A stretch of DNA of 64,000 nt from Saccostrea cucullata (taxonomy: Eukaryota): contig NW_026926577.1 in the NCBI RefSeq assembly GCF_032062105.1, positions 186,001 through 250,000 on the forward strand, written 5' to 3'. Position 1 is the stretch's first letter. Each line of letters starts with the position of its first letter. Positions 38,589 to 50,903 of this stretch are shown one piece after another. The notes below the pieces were generated by a model that was not told the origin of the DNA, did no database searches, and saw only the letters and a program-made list of their open reading frames with translations. The position numbers and the translations under genes were made by a program.

Positions 38589-38723
38589 GGAAAGCTGAAA
38601 GTCATATGGGTGCATGGGTAATATAGATATTAAATTGTTAAAATCATAAAAGGGAAGGGGGTAGTGGGGCATGATAGGTATAGCAAGAGGGGGGATCTGG
38701 TAAGAACTGCATCACCCAAGTTA

Positions 38724-38757
<34 letters not shown>

Positions 38758-39581
38758 GCTAATTGTTACATGTTACTTCTTTGTAGGAATTTCTGATTGG
38801 AAAAACAGCCTCCATGTATGCCCTACCTTTTCACAGTCTGTACCATTTCAAGTACAACTTATCCAAGCGTTGCCAAGCCAAGGTAAAATACAAGTATTTC
38901 AATGCAATTGTACTATTTTAAATCATTTCTCAACTGAGCTTTAGATTTAAATGTCTCATATAACATTGTAGTACAGAGTCTGTTGTTTGTTTATATGAAT
39001 TCCTGCAATTTTCAATTTTATAGGTTGATATTTTAAGACAAGGAAACAGCAAGCTAGGCAATGCTGAAATTCTTGACAAATGTCTCAACAACAGAACTTG
39101 GGTGCTAAAGGTAGGTGTCATAGTATTGTGATTTATTTAATTTTGTCACAAAGATGGGATCAGTTAGAAATGATAGTTAAGTTAATATGGTTGAATCAAA
39201 CCTTGAATTTACAATAAATTAGGAAAATGTTATAGGGGGGAAATTTTGTGAATTTTATTTTGAGCAACCTGAATTCAGTTTTTTTTTTGATACCTAAATT
39301 TCAAGGACAATTTTTATCCTGAAAAGTCAGGAACAAAATATATTGAATAAATAAATATATTCCTTCAGAACATCTATCAGTCTATTAATGAATTATTAAT
39401 GATTATGAAAAATTGAAACTGAACAAATATTTAAATTTGTATGTCAAATTTTATTATAAAGTACATATGATTTATTCTTGCAAACATCTCTCATATACAG
39501 TGCATGCCAATTTATTTTTATTGACAGATTTTTGATGATCTGAAAAATCTACTGGAAAAGGATAATTATATTCACCAGTGA
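29776..39581 (+). CDS. QSER1: QSER1/PRR12-like protein with C-terminal DUF4211, ~1330 aa. Exons: 29776-29896, 30830-33454, 33939-34066, 34520-34563, 34779-34947, 35484-35624, 36004-36134, ~37113/37134-37239, 37576-37673, 38076-38141, 38269-38379, 38787-38882, 39024-39110, 39528-39581
   Basis: A 2.6-kb Q/S/P-rich exon carries the SGFLNSFLSFIQG motif. C-terminal motifs MFNVYLQIFLSCALEPGFL, FYLGPLNSIDDLI, GQSYDHRTL, FHSLYHFKYNL and ILDKCLNNRTWVLKIF match the QSER1/PRR12 DUF4211 region. Splice phases are consistent except at one junction (36134 to ~37113). Confidence 0.8.
30013..30495. mobile_element. MITE with GGCC termini
   Basis: AGGCCCCCAAAAATAAATTAATAGTTTCTCAGGC ... GCCTGAGAAATTATTGATTAATTTTTTTTGGCCT. 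Confidence 0.55.
36260..36820 (+). mobile_element. Degenerate fragment of the same hAT family as 57531-59905
   Basis: Reverse-complement similarity to ~57840-58440, e.g. TGTACATACAGTAATTAGGG, CCAATACAAATGGTTGAAG..AAAGGCTT, ATATACGGAGCAGATTAT. Confidence 0.7.
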
Positions 39582-40891
39582 TACATAGGACCAGCAGAGA
39601 TGGAAGAAAGGTGGTTCACAGTGTCAATCTAGTCACAGCTCAATGCAATTATAATGGGGACCAGCTGATCAACTGTCCAGTATACCAAACTTCAAAGACA
39701 TAGAAAGCGCAGTCTTTGTGCTTTCTATAAAAAATATTTTATGGTTGTAGAAGGATTTATATGTTTTGTTTGTTTCTGCGTTAGACGATTCTCTATTTAT
39801 TATGTAAATGTAACAGGTATAGTTAATTTAATCAGCTATAGTGCCATACCGGTATGTAATTCCATACAGTAGTCGCTAGTATTAAAATAATAATCAACTT
39901 GTAGTGCAATAGAGGGAATATTTATTAGCTCACCTTCTTTATTAAATTGGGCCAAGTAGGCTTACCCAGATTAAGGTGTATTCTTAATTACCTATATCGC
40001 ATACACCCTAGAAAGCTTTATTCTCTCCACTTTTAATCATCTTCAACTTCATTAGAATTCTGTCAGGGAATAAGCCAATCCTCCAAGCAATACAGTCCAA
40101 ACTGGGACTCCAAACTCCCTTTGACATGCATGTAATCATATGTTTTTCAATGGGAAATTGGTAATCTTGTTAGTACTATTTGGAGTGATGTTTTACAGTT
40201 TCTCTGCTAGGAACTCTGATTACCTTGACCTTGCTTTTTTGGTCTGACCATGAGATGTTGCTACATTAATTTTACAACAACAGAAATTTTCATTTGGGAA
40301 GGGTTCTAAACTTTGGATATCTACTTAATGCTAACAGATATTGAAAAATTTCTCTCTGTGAACTGGCTGAAAAAAAAAGCTGTAATTGATTGACATTAAT
40401 TTTCTACTGATATTAGCCTTAATAAAGTAAATAAATTCATGTAAACAGAACTCAGAGGTGAAGATGTTGCTTCAAACACTTATGGAGTCCATCTTGAAGA
40501 ACCATTTTTATGACTTGTTGCACTTAAAGAATCCTTTTATGGTTGCTGTAACTTTATTTATTCTTTGCTCAGTTTAGTTGCACATTCAGTTCATTTATAT
40601 ATGTGCTTTAAAAAGTGCTAAATCTTGCTTAAGGGAGCTTTGTGACTTTGTGAGGTATTGTCCTCTTTTAAGCAGATAAAGCTTTAGAATAAATGTGTAC
40701 ATGTACACATTTATCTGCAGTTATAAAAGCAATGCATTGAGAAAGAACTATATGTGGTATATTGCATATACTTGCCCCAACAAAAGTTACATTTTGAAAA
40801 CTTCATGAAATGTGCTGAATTCTATAAATTGTATGAGAAATATAAATTAACAGAACATATTATAGTTTCAAAGCAGCTTATTCACAATTTT

Positions 40892-41022
40892 TAGGTCACC
40901 TGAGTAAACTCAGGTGACCTATTGCTATCCGTTTTCGTCCGTCGTCGTGCGTCGTCCGTCGTCCGTCGTGCGCCGTGCGTTAACATTTCAACATTTTCAG
41001 CTTCTTCTCTGCAACCACTGAA

Positions 41023-41053
<31 letters not shown>

Positions 41054-41299
41054 TATGGGTGAAGGGGAACAAAAATTGTGAATTTCATGATCCCTGCCCC
41101 CCTGGGGCCTGAGGGGTGGGGCCAAAACCACTAAAATTAATGCAATCTTTAAAAATCTTCTTCTTTACTCCTGGACTTCAAGCAGTCAAACTGTTTGCAT
41201 GATTGTAATCAGCAATGAGTCCTCTACCAAAATTGTGAAATTCATGGCCCTGGGGTCAGGGGTTCAAGTGCTAGGGCGGGGCTCAATAAGTAGGTAGTG

Positions 41300-41333
<34 letters not shown>

Positions 41334-42974
41334 GCTCCTGGGTATTAAATAAACCAACTAAGTACATAGTTGTGATGAGCAAGAGTGCCTCTACCAAAAT
41401 TGTGAATTTTATGGCCCCAGGGTCAGGGGTTCTGGTGTTAGGGCGGGGCTCTATTGATTATATAGTGAAAATACATGAATTCTTTGAAAATCTTCTTCTC
41501 TGCTCCTGGGTATTAAATAAACTAACTAAGTACATAGTTATGATGAGCAAGAGTGCCTCTACCAAAATTGTGAATTTTATGGCCCCAGGGTCAGGGGTTC
41601 TTGTTTTAGGGTGGGGCTCTAATAGTGAAATGCATGAATTCTTTGAACATCTTATTCTTTGCTCCTGGTTAATATACTAATGACCTAATTACATATTTAA
41701 GGCCAGGATTTATTTTATTTTCAGTTTTACAAACCCTCCGCTCAAGGTTTTGAATTTTCAGAAAAAAAATAAAACAATTTTTTTCTTTCCGATGTCAAAT
41801 TTGAGTCGGGATCGAGATTTCAAATTTACGAACTCGCACTTCCGGTTTTAAGATGAAACGGCGGGTAAATAAACTTTAATTATAAAGCTAGATCTGAGCT
41901 TGGTTTAGTGTAAAATTCATCGATACGAGTGCCATTCAAAACGTTTCACCCGTTCAAAGGACAAATAAAATGCTGACGACTTTGCTGCACAATGACATGC
42001 TGGTGAGATAATTATGTATTCGTTTCAAAAGTATCTGTCTGTAAATAATTTTCCTCCCCCAGGTTTTAAACTGCCCGTGGGAGCTATTGCATATTGCCAG
42101 CGACATTGTTACAGTTTAGGTCTCTGTTATAGCTTACAGTCTAAGCATCATTCTTCAAAAAAGGGTTGCTTATGCATCAGATGTAATGAATAAAACTATG
42201 GGAGAAGTTAAGTCCATTTGAGGAAGAAATAAACAATAACCTGAAGAAATAAAAAAAATTCAACTATTAAAAGGCGGCAAGAATATACAAATATATACAG
42301 GCATGTAGTATCAATTATATCAGCCAGAAAAATTATTTTACAGTTAATTGAAAAAAATGTTCACCATACTTCCCAATACTCCCTGTCTGTTTTATGATAG
42401 GAATTATAATTTTAGGCATCAAGTAAATTTTAGAACATTGTCTACACATTCATCTAACACATATTTAAAAAATGAAGATAAATTGAAAGACTTTTAAAGA
42501 ATTGATTTTTTAAAATATATTTTGACCAACATCACAAAATTTATATAACTGGCCCAAGCTGGCATGAAATAAGCAATTAAATGTTCTACTTTCCTATTTG
42601 TAAGTATTATGTGTCCAGTTATAAGGAGCCTACTAGAATAGCATAAAAAAGAATGAACAAATGTTAATAATTGATTTATCAAAAATTCTCATGTTCATAA
42701 CTAAACCTAAACATAAAAAAAATGCTGGCCTTATAATGAAGAAAGGGGTCTCTTTCAAAATAGATAATTTCAGGGCTGCTGGGTCAGGGGTACCAGGGGG
42801 GTACTTTGACTAAAAATAAATTAATGCTTTGAAATCTGCCCTTTGATAAGCAATGGTGCCTCCTTCAAAATTTGTAAAATTCATGGCTTTTTGATTAAAA
42901 CACGAACCAAATACAATCACTGGAAAGTTGTTACATGATACTCAGGTGACCTATAAGGCCCGTGGGCCTCTTGT
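40892..42974 (+). mobile_element. Complete HINE-like element with ~167-bp internal repeats and a nested TIR element
   Basis: Has a 5' palindrome AGGTCACCTGAGTAAACTCAGGTGACCT, a (CGT/CGTC)n microsatellite, and a 3' end CTCAGGTGACCTATAAGGCCCGTGGGCCTCTTGT. Confidence 0.8.
41701..42730. mobile_element. Non-autonomous TIR element nested in the HINE-like element
   Basis: Inverted ends TAAGGCCAGGATTTATTTTAT ... ATAAAAAAAATGCTGGCCTTA, with TTAA/TTAT flanks. Confidence 0.5.
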
Positions 42975-42981
42975 TGTTTTT

Positions 42982-43260
42982 ATGACGTCACAAACTAGTC
43001 CAATTTTAGAATTTTTTTCAGAAAGAGGACAAAATGGACAAAATTTCAACAATTTTAGCTTTTAAATTTATAGAGCGCATGTTTGTTCAGGATTAATATT
43101 TATATATTTCATTGATATTATCATTCTACACATTATATCAAAATATTGATCCTGAACACACATGCGCTCGGTGACTTTTAGTCAAAATATCGACAAAATA
43201 TGTACATTTTTCTGTAGAATTCATTAAAAACTGAAATTTACGTCATGTTTGTGACGTCAT
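42982..43260. repeat. Imperfect fold-back repeat
   Basis: Outer pair ATGACGTCACAAAC / GTTTGTGACGTCAT and inner pair GAGCGCATGTTTGTTCAGGAT / ATCCTGAACACACATGCGCTC. Confidence 0.55.
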
Positions 43261-44469
43261 TACGTACATATGATGCCATTACTTATGAAAATAATCAGTG
43301 CTTTGAAGTCAGCATATACTCCCCTGTTTAAGAACTTAATTAAATATATCTCCATCAAAGTTGGATTTGAGGGGCAAATATTGCTTATTACCGAATAAAG
43401 TTCTTTAGCAGGTACATGTACATTCTTGTTTAAATTAATTAGTTAAGATAATTCAGCTCCTTTTAGATGTAATGAACATTGAACATATTTAAAAACAAGC
43501 CATATTTTAACAAATTATTGTTAAATACATGTACCGGTATTGTCAGATGCAAGAACTTTGTTTTCGGAAGCAGACTTTGTGTAATTTTTATGTGAAAATA
43601 AAAGTTCTTGCATTGATTTACTAGAATATGTTAATAATAATTTCTGCAAACAAAGTTTGGGGGTGGGGGATATTCCTGTTTACCTGTGTATCTCTTTGTC
43701 TGATAATTTCTTGGGTTCCCCAAGGAACTTTTACCAAATGTTTGTTACTTTCTGTTTGGTAAAAAGGAGGGAAGGGGGAGGGGAGGGGGTTGATCCTATG
43801 GTCTGCAGATTAATTTCATCATTTATAAATTGCAAAAATTTGTTGTCTTTTTTCATTTTATGTTGTGACCCATTTTTATAAAGTAAGTGAATACTGCTCA
43901 ATATTTGCGTTTTTTGTTTAACATTGGTGTAATAAATATAATCATTGTCTTACTGATAAAATTCAGATATCTCATAATCCATTAAAATATGTTTTGTACA
44001 GGAGTATTGTTTGTTGATCACCTGTTTATGTGAGTGATTTCTATAAATATATGTAGAGAAATATTTAAATGTGTGACTTGTAACGATGCTTTAAACTGAA
44101 TACATGGTCAAAATAGTTGCATTTTTTTTACCCAGAGAATTGAATATGTGAATTATTTTCAGTTTGTTTTTCTTTTTAAGACTAGATATATTTTAATTTT
44201 TTAAGATTTATTTTATGTATAAAGTATGTTATGATGGTGATATCATTTATATTTGAACAGAGACTTATATATCATTCACATATGTTTATACGTCTCTATT
44301 TGAATGCCTTGGAAAATTAAATGATTAATGCACAGTGAGTGTATATTGAATTTTGCTTGTTTGATTATTTCAATGTACATTTCATAGTAGTCAACAAGTA
44401 GTGTTTGGTAAACACATGCTTATGCCTTACAGTGTATGACAGCTTAAATAACAAGGTTGAAGTTTCTCA

Positions 44470-45330
44470 AATGCAAGTTAAACTCTAGGGATGGGTATCG
44501 CCAAAAAATTTCGTATCGCGATATATTACGATTTTTTCCCACAATATCACGATCAAATCATGATATTTTTAAAAGCAGTTTTTACAATGATTTTATATGA
44601 AAAGTCATTATTTTCCTAAAAAATTTGCTTGAAAAACAAAATTTTATTTTCTTGAAATATTTATGTACATGTATATAAAATCAACTATGTTTGGACGATA
44701 AGATGCCGTTCTTTTCACGTTTTACAACATTTTTATACTTTCTGTAATTGTAATTTGAAAAGATTAAACGAATAAATGAATAATTTCTGGACTTTATAAT
44801 ATATACCTAAAAACGGTATTTAGGTCTCCATATCACGATACGTATCATGCATCAAAAAATCGCGATATACCGGTATACCGATAAAATCGCACATCCCTAT
44901 TAAACTCCATGGTCAAGGTCAAAAGGTCAAAATTGTTGATATCCAGAGGAAGGTTACACCTGTAATTACTGTTCAAATGTTATGGCCAAGGTTAAAGTTT
45001 TTTTAAGTGGGTCAATTAAGCTGTAAAATCAAGGTCAAAAGATCAAAAATATTTATACCCATCTTGTCACAATGAATACACATGTCAAGTATGAAAGCTC
45101 TATGAAAGGATAAAATTTTAAAAAAATTGTTAGAAGTGGGTCAAACTCCAAGGTCAAGATGTCAAATTTGGTGGTACCATAAGAAAGATATACACCTGTG
45201 AAATATGAAAGTCATAGCCCCATTCACTCAAAAGTTATGGCCAAGGTTAAAGTGTCTGCAGACAAGAAAACAGCTAGACAGACAGGGCAAAACTATAAAC
45301 CCCCTGAACCCTTGATTACGGGAGCATAAA
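44470..45330. repeat. Degenerate HINE-like fragment with GGTCAAGGTCA units (interrupted by the hAT MITE)
   Basis: Recurrent CAAGGTCAAAA / GTTATGGCCAAGGTTAAAG units, ending in a (GACA)n stretch and a short hairpin near 45300-45325. Confidence 0.45.
44486..44899. mobile_element. hAT-type MITE with 8-bp TSD
   Basis: TIRs TAGGGATG...CATCCCTA are flanked by the direct repeat TTAAACTC on both sides. Confidence 0.85.
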
Positions 45331-46002
45331 AAACAAATATCAAAGTCCAAACAAAACAAAATCCGGGGTTGGGGGTGCCATGATCATGGATTGATTATTT
45401 ATTTTCTTGTCCATTTGAGGACAGATTTTTTATTTTCAATATTATCGAGAGTAGATTATTTATTCCATCCACCATCCCCTTCAGATTCAAACAGGGTCCT
45501 CCCCTTAGTTCAAAAAGAGCACTTGTTCAGATGTCCTTATGTACTACAACCAAAATTACCATTTAAATATCTTACATTTTGACATGAAATATATTAATGA
45601 GTGGACAAATTGCTTTATAGAAGATTAGAAGTTAACGCAGCACAAACTGAAATCTAAGCCGACTATTTTATGAACGAGTTATTCAATGTAAAACGAAAGT
45701 GAAAGTAACGTTGTTGACACTCGCATCACGACGAATGTTTTTAGAATTTCATAAAGGAATATTAATTGAGGAAGAAATTTTGCGAGCACCGAACTGTTTG
45801 GAATGTATGTATATTACCTGTAAAATATTTGCCTGATGGACAGGATAGTTGAGTTACAGCTTTTACATTTTATGTTAATTATTTGTGTCTGTGTGTAACA
45901 TACGAGTACGCGAGTTTAATTGATCTTTTATGTGTTTTATCAGTTATCATATGACTCGTTGTCTTTTTGTTACAGTGTTTTAACAACTTCCAATTACGAC
46001 AC

Positions 46003-49000
46003 ATGGACCGGACTTTCTGTGGCCAGTTACTTCTGGTAGGGGAGGGGGATTTTTCCTTATCAGTATCTCTTCTGGACTGCCTACCTCAGACTTTGTGGGG
46101 AAATATCACGTCTACCAGTCTTGAGACAGAGTCAAGTATACTGAAACACAAGAGTGCATCAGATAACATAAAGTGGCTCACACAGCAAGGTGTGTACTGT
46201 GTACTTACATGGTTCAACATACCATTTAACATTTTAATCACTTGAGTTTAAACTTTTTACACTTGCTTTGTGCCAAGAATAAAACCATACATGCTGTTCA
46301 ACTATGAATTTGAAGCCTTGGCATTTTTTTGGACCTCTACCCTACATTTTTCATTAACTTTCAGTTTGTAATTTGTTTCAGATATCCTCTTCAAGTTCAA
46401 GATATTTTCACTTGACTTCTTTAAAAACTACAAATAGATGCTATACCTATATAAAATTAATATATTAATTTTTAAAAACAATTTTTACAGGTGTAAATGT
46501 GTATTTGAACACAGATGCTACTCACCTTATAAGCCAGGAAAAAATAAGAACTAAGAAATACAGTAGAATCATCTTCAATTTCCCACATGCGGGTGGTAAA
46601 TCAAACCACAAGAAAAACCGCAAGCTATTGAAAGATTTCATCTCCAGGTGTGTTGAAGTCCTCCTTAATCCTAATTTGTATTAATTTGATTTTAACATCT
46701 TCTTCTGTGAGATTTTAATCTGGAAATATTTCTTTTAAATTTTGCTAAAATTTTAAAAATAAAATAATTACATGTGTAACGGGAGAGGAGAAAATGCAGC
46801 GTACCAGACCGGGATTTGAACCTGGGCCCCCTGAAACTCCGGTCAGGTGCTCTACCAACTGAGCTATCTGGCCACCAGCAAATGAACCCGGCTGACCGCC
46901 ACATTCCTCTCTCCTTAAAGGTCTTTGGCCCTCCAAAGACCTTAACCCAGGCTCATTCCTGGCAGGTCTTTCACCTGTTAGTCCCTGGTGACATGGCACC
47001 AAATGTAACAGGAGAGGAGAAAATACAGCGGACCAGACCAGGATTTGAACCCGGGCCCCCTGAAACTCTTGTCAGGTGCTCTACCAACTGAGCTATCTGG
47101 CACGGGCGATCGAACCTGGCTGACCTCATGGAATTAAGTGGTGGCGTTTCCAAATGAGTAAAAAATTCTCAAGAGGGATGTTAGACAACATACATGTATA
47201 TGCAAATAAACTTTACACTCCAAGGGAGAAAATAAGGTGCACACCTTGAAAAAAATATTTAAATTTACTGTCACTAATAGAATTCACAAAGATTTTCGAG
47301 TTACAAGATTTTTTTTTATTTCTAGTGCTGTTGAAGTATTGGATGTTGGAGGTGAGATTTACGTTACTCTGTGTAAAGGACAGGGTGGGACTCCGGCAGA
47401 TAACCCCCGCAGAAAATGGCCTGACAGTTGGCAGGTGGTTGCCATGGCAGCTTGTGCTAATTTAGTCCTTCAAGAAATTGTTCCTTTTCATGCTGACAAA
47501 CATTCCGAGTACACATCTACAGGCTTTAGGTATGTATATTAGTATTCATGGGATTATTTTATTTAGTTAATTGGGCAATTAACTGACAAAATGCCTTTGT
47601 TAGACCTTTCCATAAAGTGTTCAACAGAATGTGTGAAGGGTAATTTTTGTGGTTCAAAATTTTTGCAGTGTGAACCTTCAAAAAAAAAAATCTGTTTTTC
47701 CTTTCATTATATTTGCAATGTCATTGATTTGAAATAGGGTACTTAAGAATTATTTTTTGTGTGATTTTGACTGAATGAAACTCTGCCCAAAATAGACAAC
47801 CTTAGAAATTACCCATTATGCAGTATTCATTTCAGTGAACATGCACATATCAATTTTAAACTTGTACCTTTCTGTTTGTGTTCAGGAGTCAAGACAAGGG
47901 ATTTAATACAGAGGGAGCTCTAACACACATCTTTGTTCGTACTGAACCCATCCCCATCCCAGACGGGAACATAATAGAGCACCACAAAATGACCTGTCCT
48001 TGTAATAAATATGTACAACAAAAAATATCAAGGTACTAGTTATTTGGTTTTTTAATTTAATTTCAAGATATGCATACCGTATAATATTTTATTAGCATAT
48101 AAATGTATCTTATAGATACACTACAATAATGCCTTTTTGAGACTTAAATATGCACTGCCAGGAAAATTTATGTCATGCTTAAAATTATGGCAAATCATAT
48201 GTTTACTACTCTTTGTTGTATACTCATCAAAAGAAATTAATTAAAAAAACAAACACCTAACAAACTATTGAAACTGACCATTATTTCTTAATTAGACAAC
48301 TGCACAGGGAAGATGGAAATCCAGTGTGTTATCTTTCACAAAAACTAGAAGAACTAAACAAGAAGATTAACTTCCAGATTGTTGAGGATGTCTGGGATCC
48401 TACAATAAGGAAACCCTCTTACTGTCAATGTCAGATTCCAGAAAACTGTAGTGAGGATGAACAGGAAGCAAAATTATCCACGTTAGGGGCACCACAACAG
48501 AATGGTCACCAGAGTTTCCCCGAGGAATTACTATTGGGGCATCCCACCTTATGTTCCCTCCAAAGACTTGTGGATGTTCCTGTTAAATTGGAGTGTCTCC
48601 CAGTTATGCATTATATGATTGGGTGTATTCCTTCACCTAGTGATTCAATGCTCTTTCAAAATGTAAATGAATTTTTAGGTGGTATATCCAATGGAACATG
48701 CAAAATTGAAATATCAGATACTCAAATTCATATAGAAACCCATTTTACTAATGAGAAAATCTCTCATGAAATAGGACATGTATTTTCTCATACAAAAGAT
48801 GACACAGTATATGACATATTCTCTTTGAATCTGGACAAATTAGCAGTTCTGTTGTTCCAACTGCCAAATATTCGATTACTGTGGTCAGTAGACAGTCGAG
48901 TTGTGGAGGTTTATCAGAGGATATTGAGTTCTGACCCCCCACTTCTCCTCCCAACCATAAGTCTCTATCCCCTCCTATTCTCCCATGATATCAGTTTCTG

Positions 49001-49247
49001 GGAGAACAGCCAGCTTCCATTCAATGAAGCTGATTTTTTATCTGTAATTCGAGAAGTTTGTGGAGATCTTGTCGTGTGTGTAGAACTCCTGGACAGATTC
49101 CACAGTGTAGAACTGAACAAAGTCAGTAGGTGCTATCGCTTGCAGTTCCAGGCTTATGACAGGGCTCTAAGTTACGAAACTTCCTGGAAAATCCAGAGTC
49201 ACCTCAGACTGTGTGTAGCCAGTGTAATGAAGGTGGAACTCAGGTGA
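46003..49247 (+). CDS. FDXACB1: Ferredoxin-fold anticodon-binding domain-containing protein 1, ~548 aa; exons 46003-46189, 46491-46647, 47326-47529, 47886-48032, 48296-49247
   Basis: The N-terminal DUF2431/Bmt5-like methyltransferase motifs are present: LLVGEGDFSLS, DAT, IIFNFPHAGGK, VTLCKGQGGTPAD, DSWQVVAMA, YTSTGFRSQDKGF. The C-terminus is FDX-ACB (HDISFW...VELLDRF...SRCYRLQFQ...VELR*). Exons total 1647 nt, in frame. Confidence 0.92.
46775..47128 (-). mobile_element. Miniature non-autonomous LTR retroelement (TRIM-like) with tRNA-like sequence in both LTRs
   Basis: Two ~125-129-bp direct repeats (47128-47004 and 46903-46775; TG...ACA) each contain an A box (TAGCTCAGTTGG) and a B box (GGTTCAAATCC). 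A PBS-like TGGTGCCATGTCACC follows the 5' LTR and a PPT (AAGGAGAGAGGAA) precedes the 3' LTR. Confidence 0.8.
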
Positions 49248-49375
49248 ACAAAGCTAGCAGGTGCTACCACCTGCAGTTCCAGGCTTATGACAGAGCTCTA
49301 AGTTTTGAAACTACTTCCTGGAAATTCCAGAGCCACCTTAGATTGTGAATATGTAATGAAAGTGGAACTCCGGTA
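49245..49375 (+). repeat. Tandem degenerate duplicate of the last ~135 nt of the FDXACB1 CDS
   Basis: TGAACAAAGCTAGCAGGTGCTACCACCTGCAGTTCCAGGCTTATGACAG...GTGGAACTC parallels 49114-49247. Confidence 0.85.
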
Positions 49376-49554
49376 GTAACTACCGGTACCTGAAAATGTA
49401 TGCAAGTAACCATGGAGGAAGAAATTCCCTATATGAGACTTATTTCAAATGTGCTTTTTAAAATTCATGTATGTTGCTGGGCATATAATAAATAAAGAGG
49501 TAAACACATTGTCTTGATGTGATTTTAAATCAAGTAGGTGAATCTTACAATTAA

Positions 49555-50124
49555 AGGACAAGATGGGTAACAGACGAATCTGGCCCCTTATTTGATATAA
49601 AAATCAGAACACTGGTAAAATTGTGATAGTTTGTAGTAAAGAAGTTAAAATGATGCTAACTTTAAGACAAGCACTAATTTTGATTCAAAGCTCACATGGA
49701 AGCCACTAGAGGGTGCAGAAATAGGACATTTTCCCGAATTTCCTCAATTCTGGTGGAATTTCATTATATTTGGGATACATTTCTCTTTGGAAAACATAGA
49801 GTACAAGCTTGCCTATCTGAGATTTTTACACATATACTGCATATCAGTGTATAAAATATATAAATTTGGTAGATAGGCAAGCGTGTGCTCTATGTTTTCC
49901 GAAAGAAAATGTGCTGTAAAATTAAAGAAAATTTGCATAAAATGAGAAATTTCGAAAATTGACCTATTTCCTGACCTCACTGTGACCCCTGTGTATTCTA
50001 AATCTTAAAACCAATACTCATTTTGTGGCAGGGGTGAAAACAGGTTTTCATAGATAAACTGTTGGATCATTCTGAAAGACACCCAAAATCGGGGGCCAAA
50101 TACTGGTCTTTCCCTATCTTGTCC
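49555..50124. mobile_element. MITE with AAAGGACAAGAT termini and an internal palindrome
   Basis: AAAGGACAAGATGGG ... CCCTATCTTGTCCTTT, plus an inner inverted pair GGAAAACATAGAGTACAAGCTTGCCTATCT / AGATAGGCAAGCGTGTGCTCTATGTTTTCC. Confidence 0.6.
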
Positions 50125-50242
50125 TTTTTTACAGTATTAGGCTTAAAGTAAGCCTTCTTTGATACCATAAAATACGGCCACTCATTCAGCCATCACAATG
50201 TAAAACATAATTTAGACACTGTATTATGAGTGAGGCAGTTAA

Positions 50243-50636
50243 GGGACTCCGACCCTCAGCCAGGAAGGACAACTCTTTAATTTATAATTTAATTCAAAAA
50301 GTCTTTAAATGAAGCTTGAAAATTAAATATTTTAATGCAACAATTTTCATTATATGCCTCTCAATGTGCTTCAAGGTTCTTTGCAAAGCTTCATAAATCA
50401 CTTCTAATTTCATATCATGTTAATAAATATTGGTATCTAAAAATGCTTTTTCAGGAAAAAAATTTCTACTTTTAATTAGACCTTTCTGAGAAGTTCAAAG
50501 ATCCTTGAAGCACATTGAGAAGCATATAATGAAAATTGTTGCATGAAAAGATTTAATTTTCAAGCTTCATTTAAAGACTTTTTGAATTAAATTATAAATT
50601 AAAGAGTTGTCCTTCCTAGCTGAGGGTCAGAGTCCC
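50243..50636. mobile_element. Fold-back MITE with TTAA TSD and ~140-bp TIRs
   Basis: TTAA|GGGACTCCGACCCTCAGCCAGGAAGGACAAC ... GTTGTCCTTCCTAGCTGAGGGTCAGAGTCCC|TTAA, with long near-perfect inverted arms. Confidence 0.85.
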
Positions 50637-50903
50637 TTAAGAATGATGGAATAAATTTTAACTGTTTTGAACAGTTTACGCTTTCCAAATTTGTAATTGT
50701 ACTCTTTCCATGTTTTACTGTGTTGCAAAATAAGTAAGGTTGTTTAAAACTGTATTTCTTTATTGGTTAACTAACATCAGTAACTAAATACCAGTAACAA
50801 AAACATTGTAAATTCATTCATTGCAAATTGAACTAAAAAGCATAATGATAAAACAATCAGCATCCTAAGAAGAGTTTTTGAATCCATTCTCACAACCAAA
50901 ATA

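Noticed and set aside
41297-41680. ORFs such as [15 protein letters not shown]... (also 23084, 52550, 53311, 53505, 59033, and those at 15184-17068)
   Set aside because: They are chance open frames in satellite units of non-autonomous elements, with no transposase or RepHel motifs.
46801-47101. Two functional tRNA genes
   Set aside because: Anticodon loops are 8 nt and differ between copies, and both are embedded in LTR-like repeats with a PBS and PPT. They are treated as part of a retroelement.
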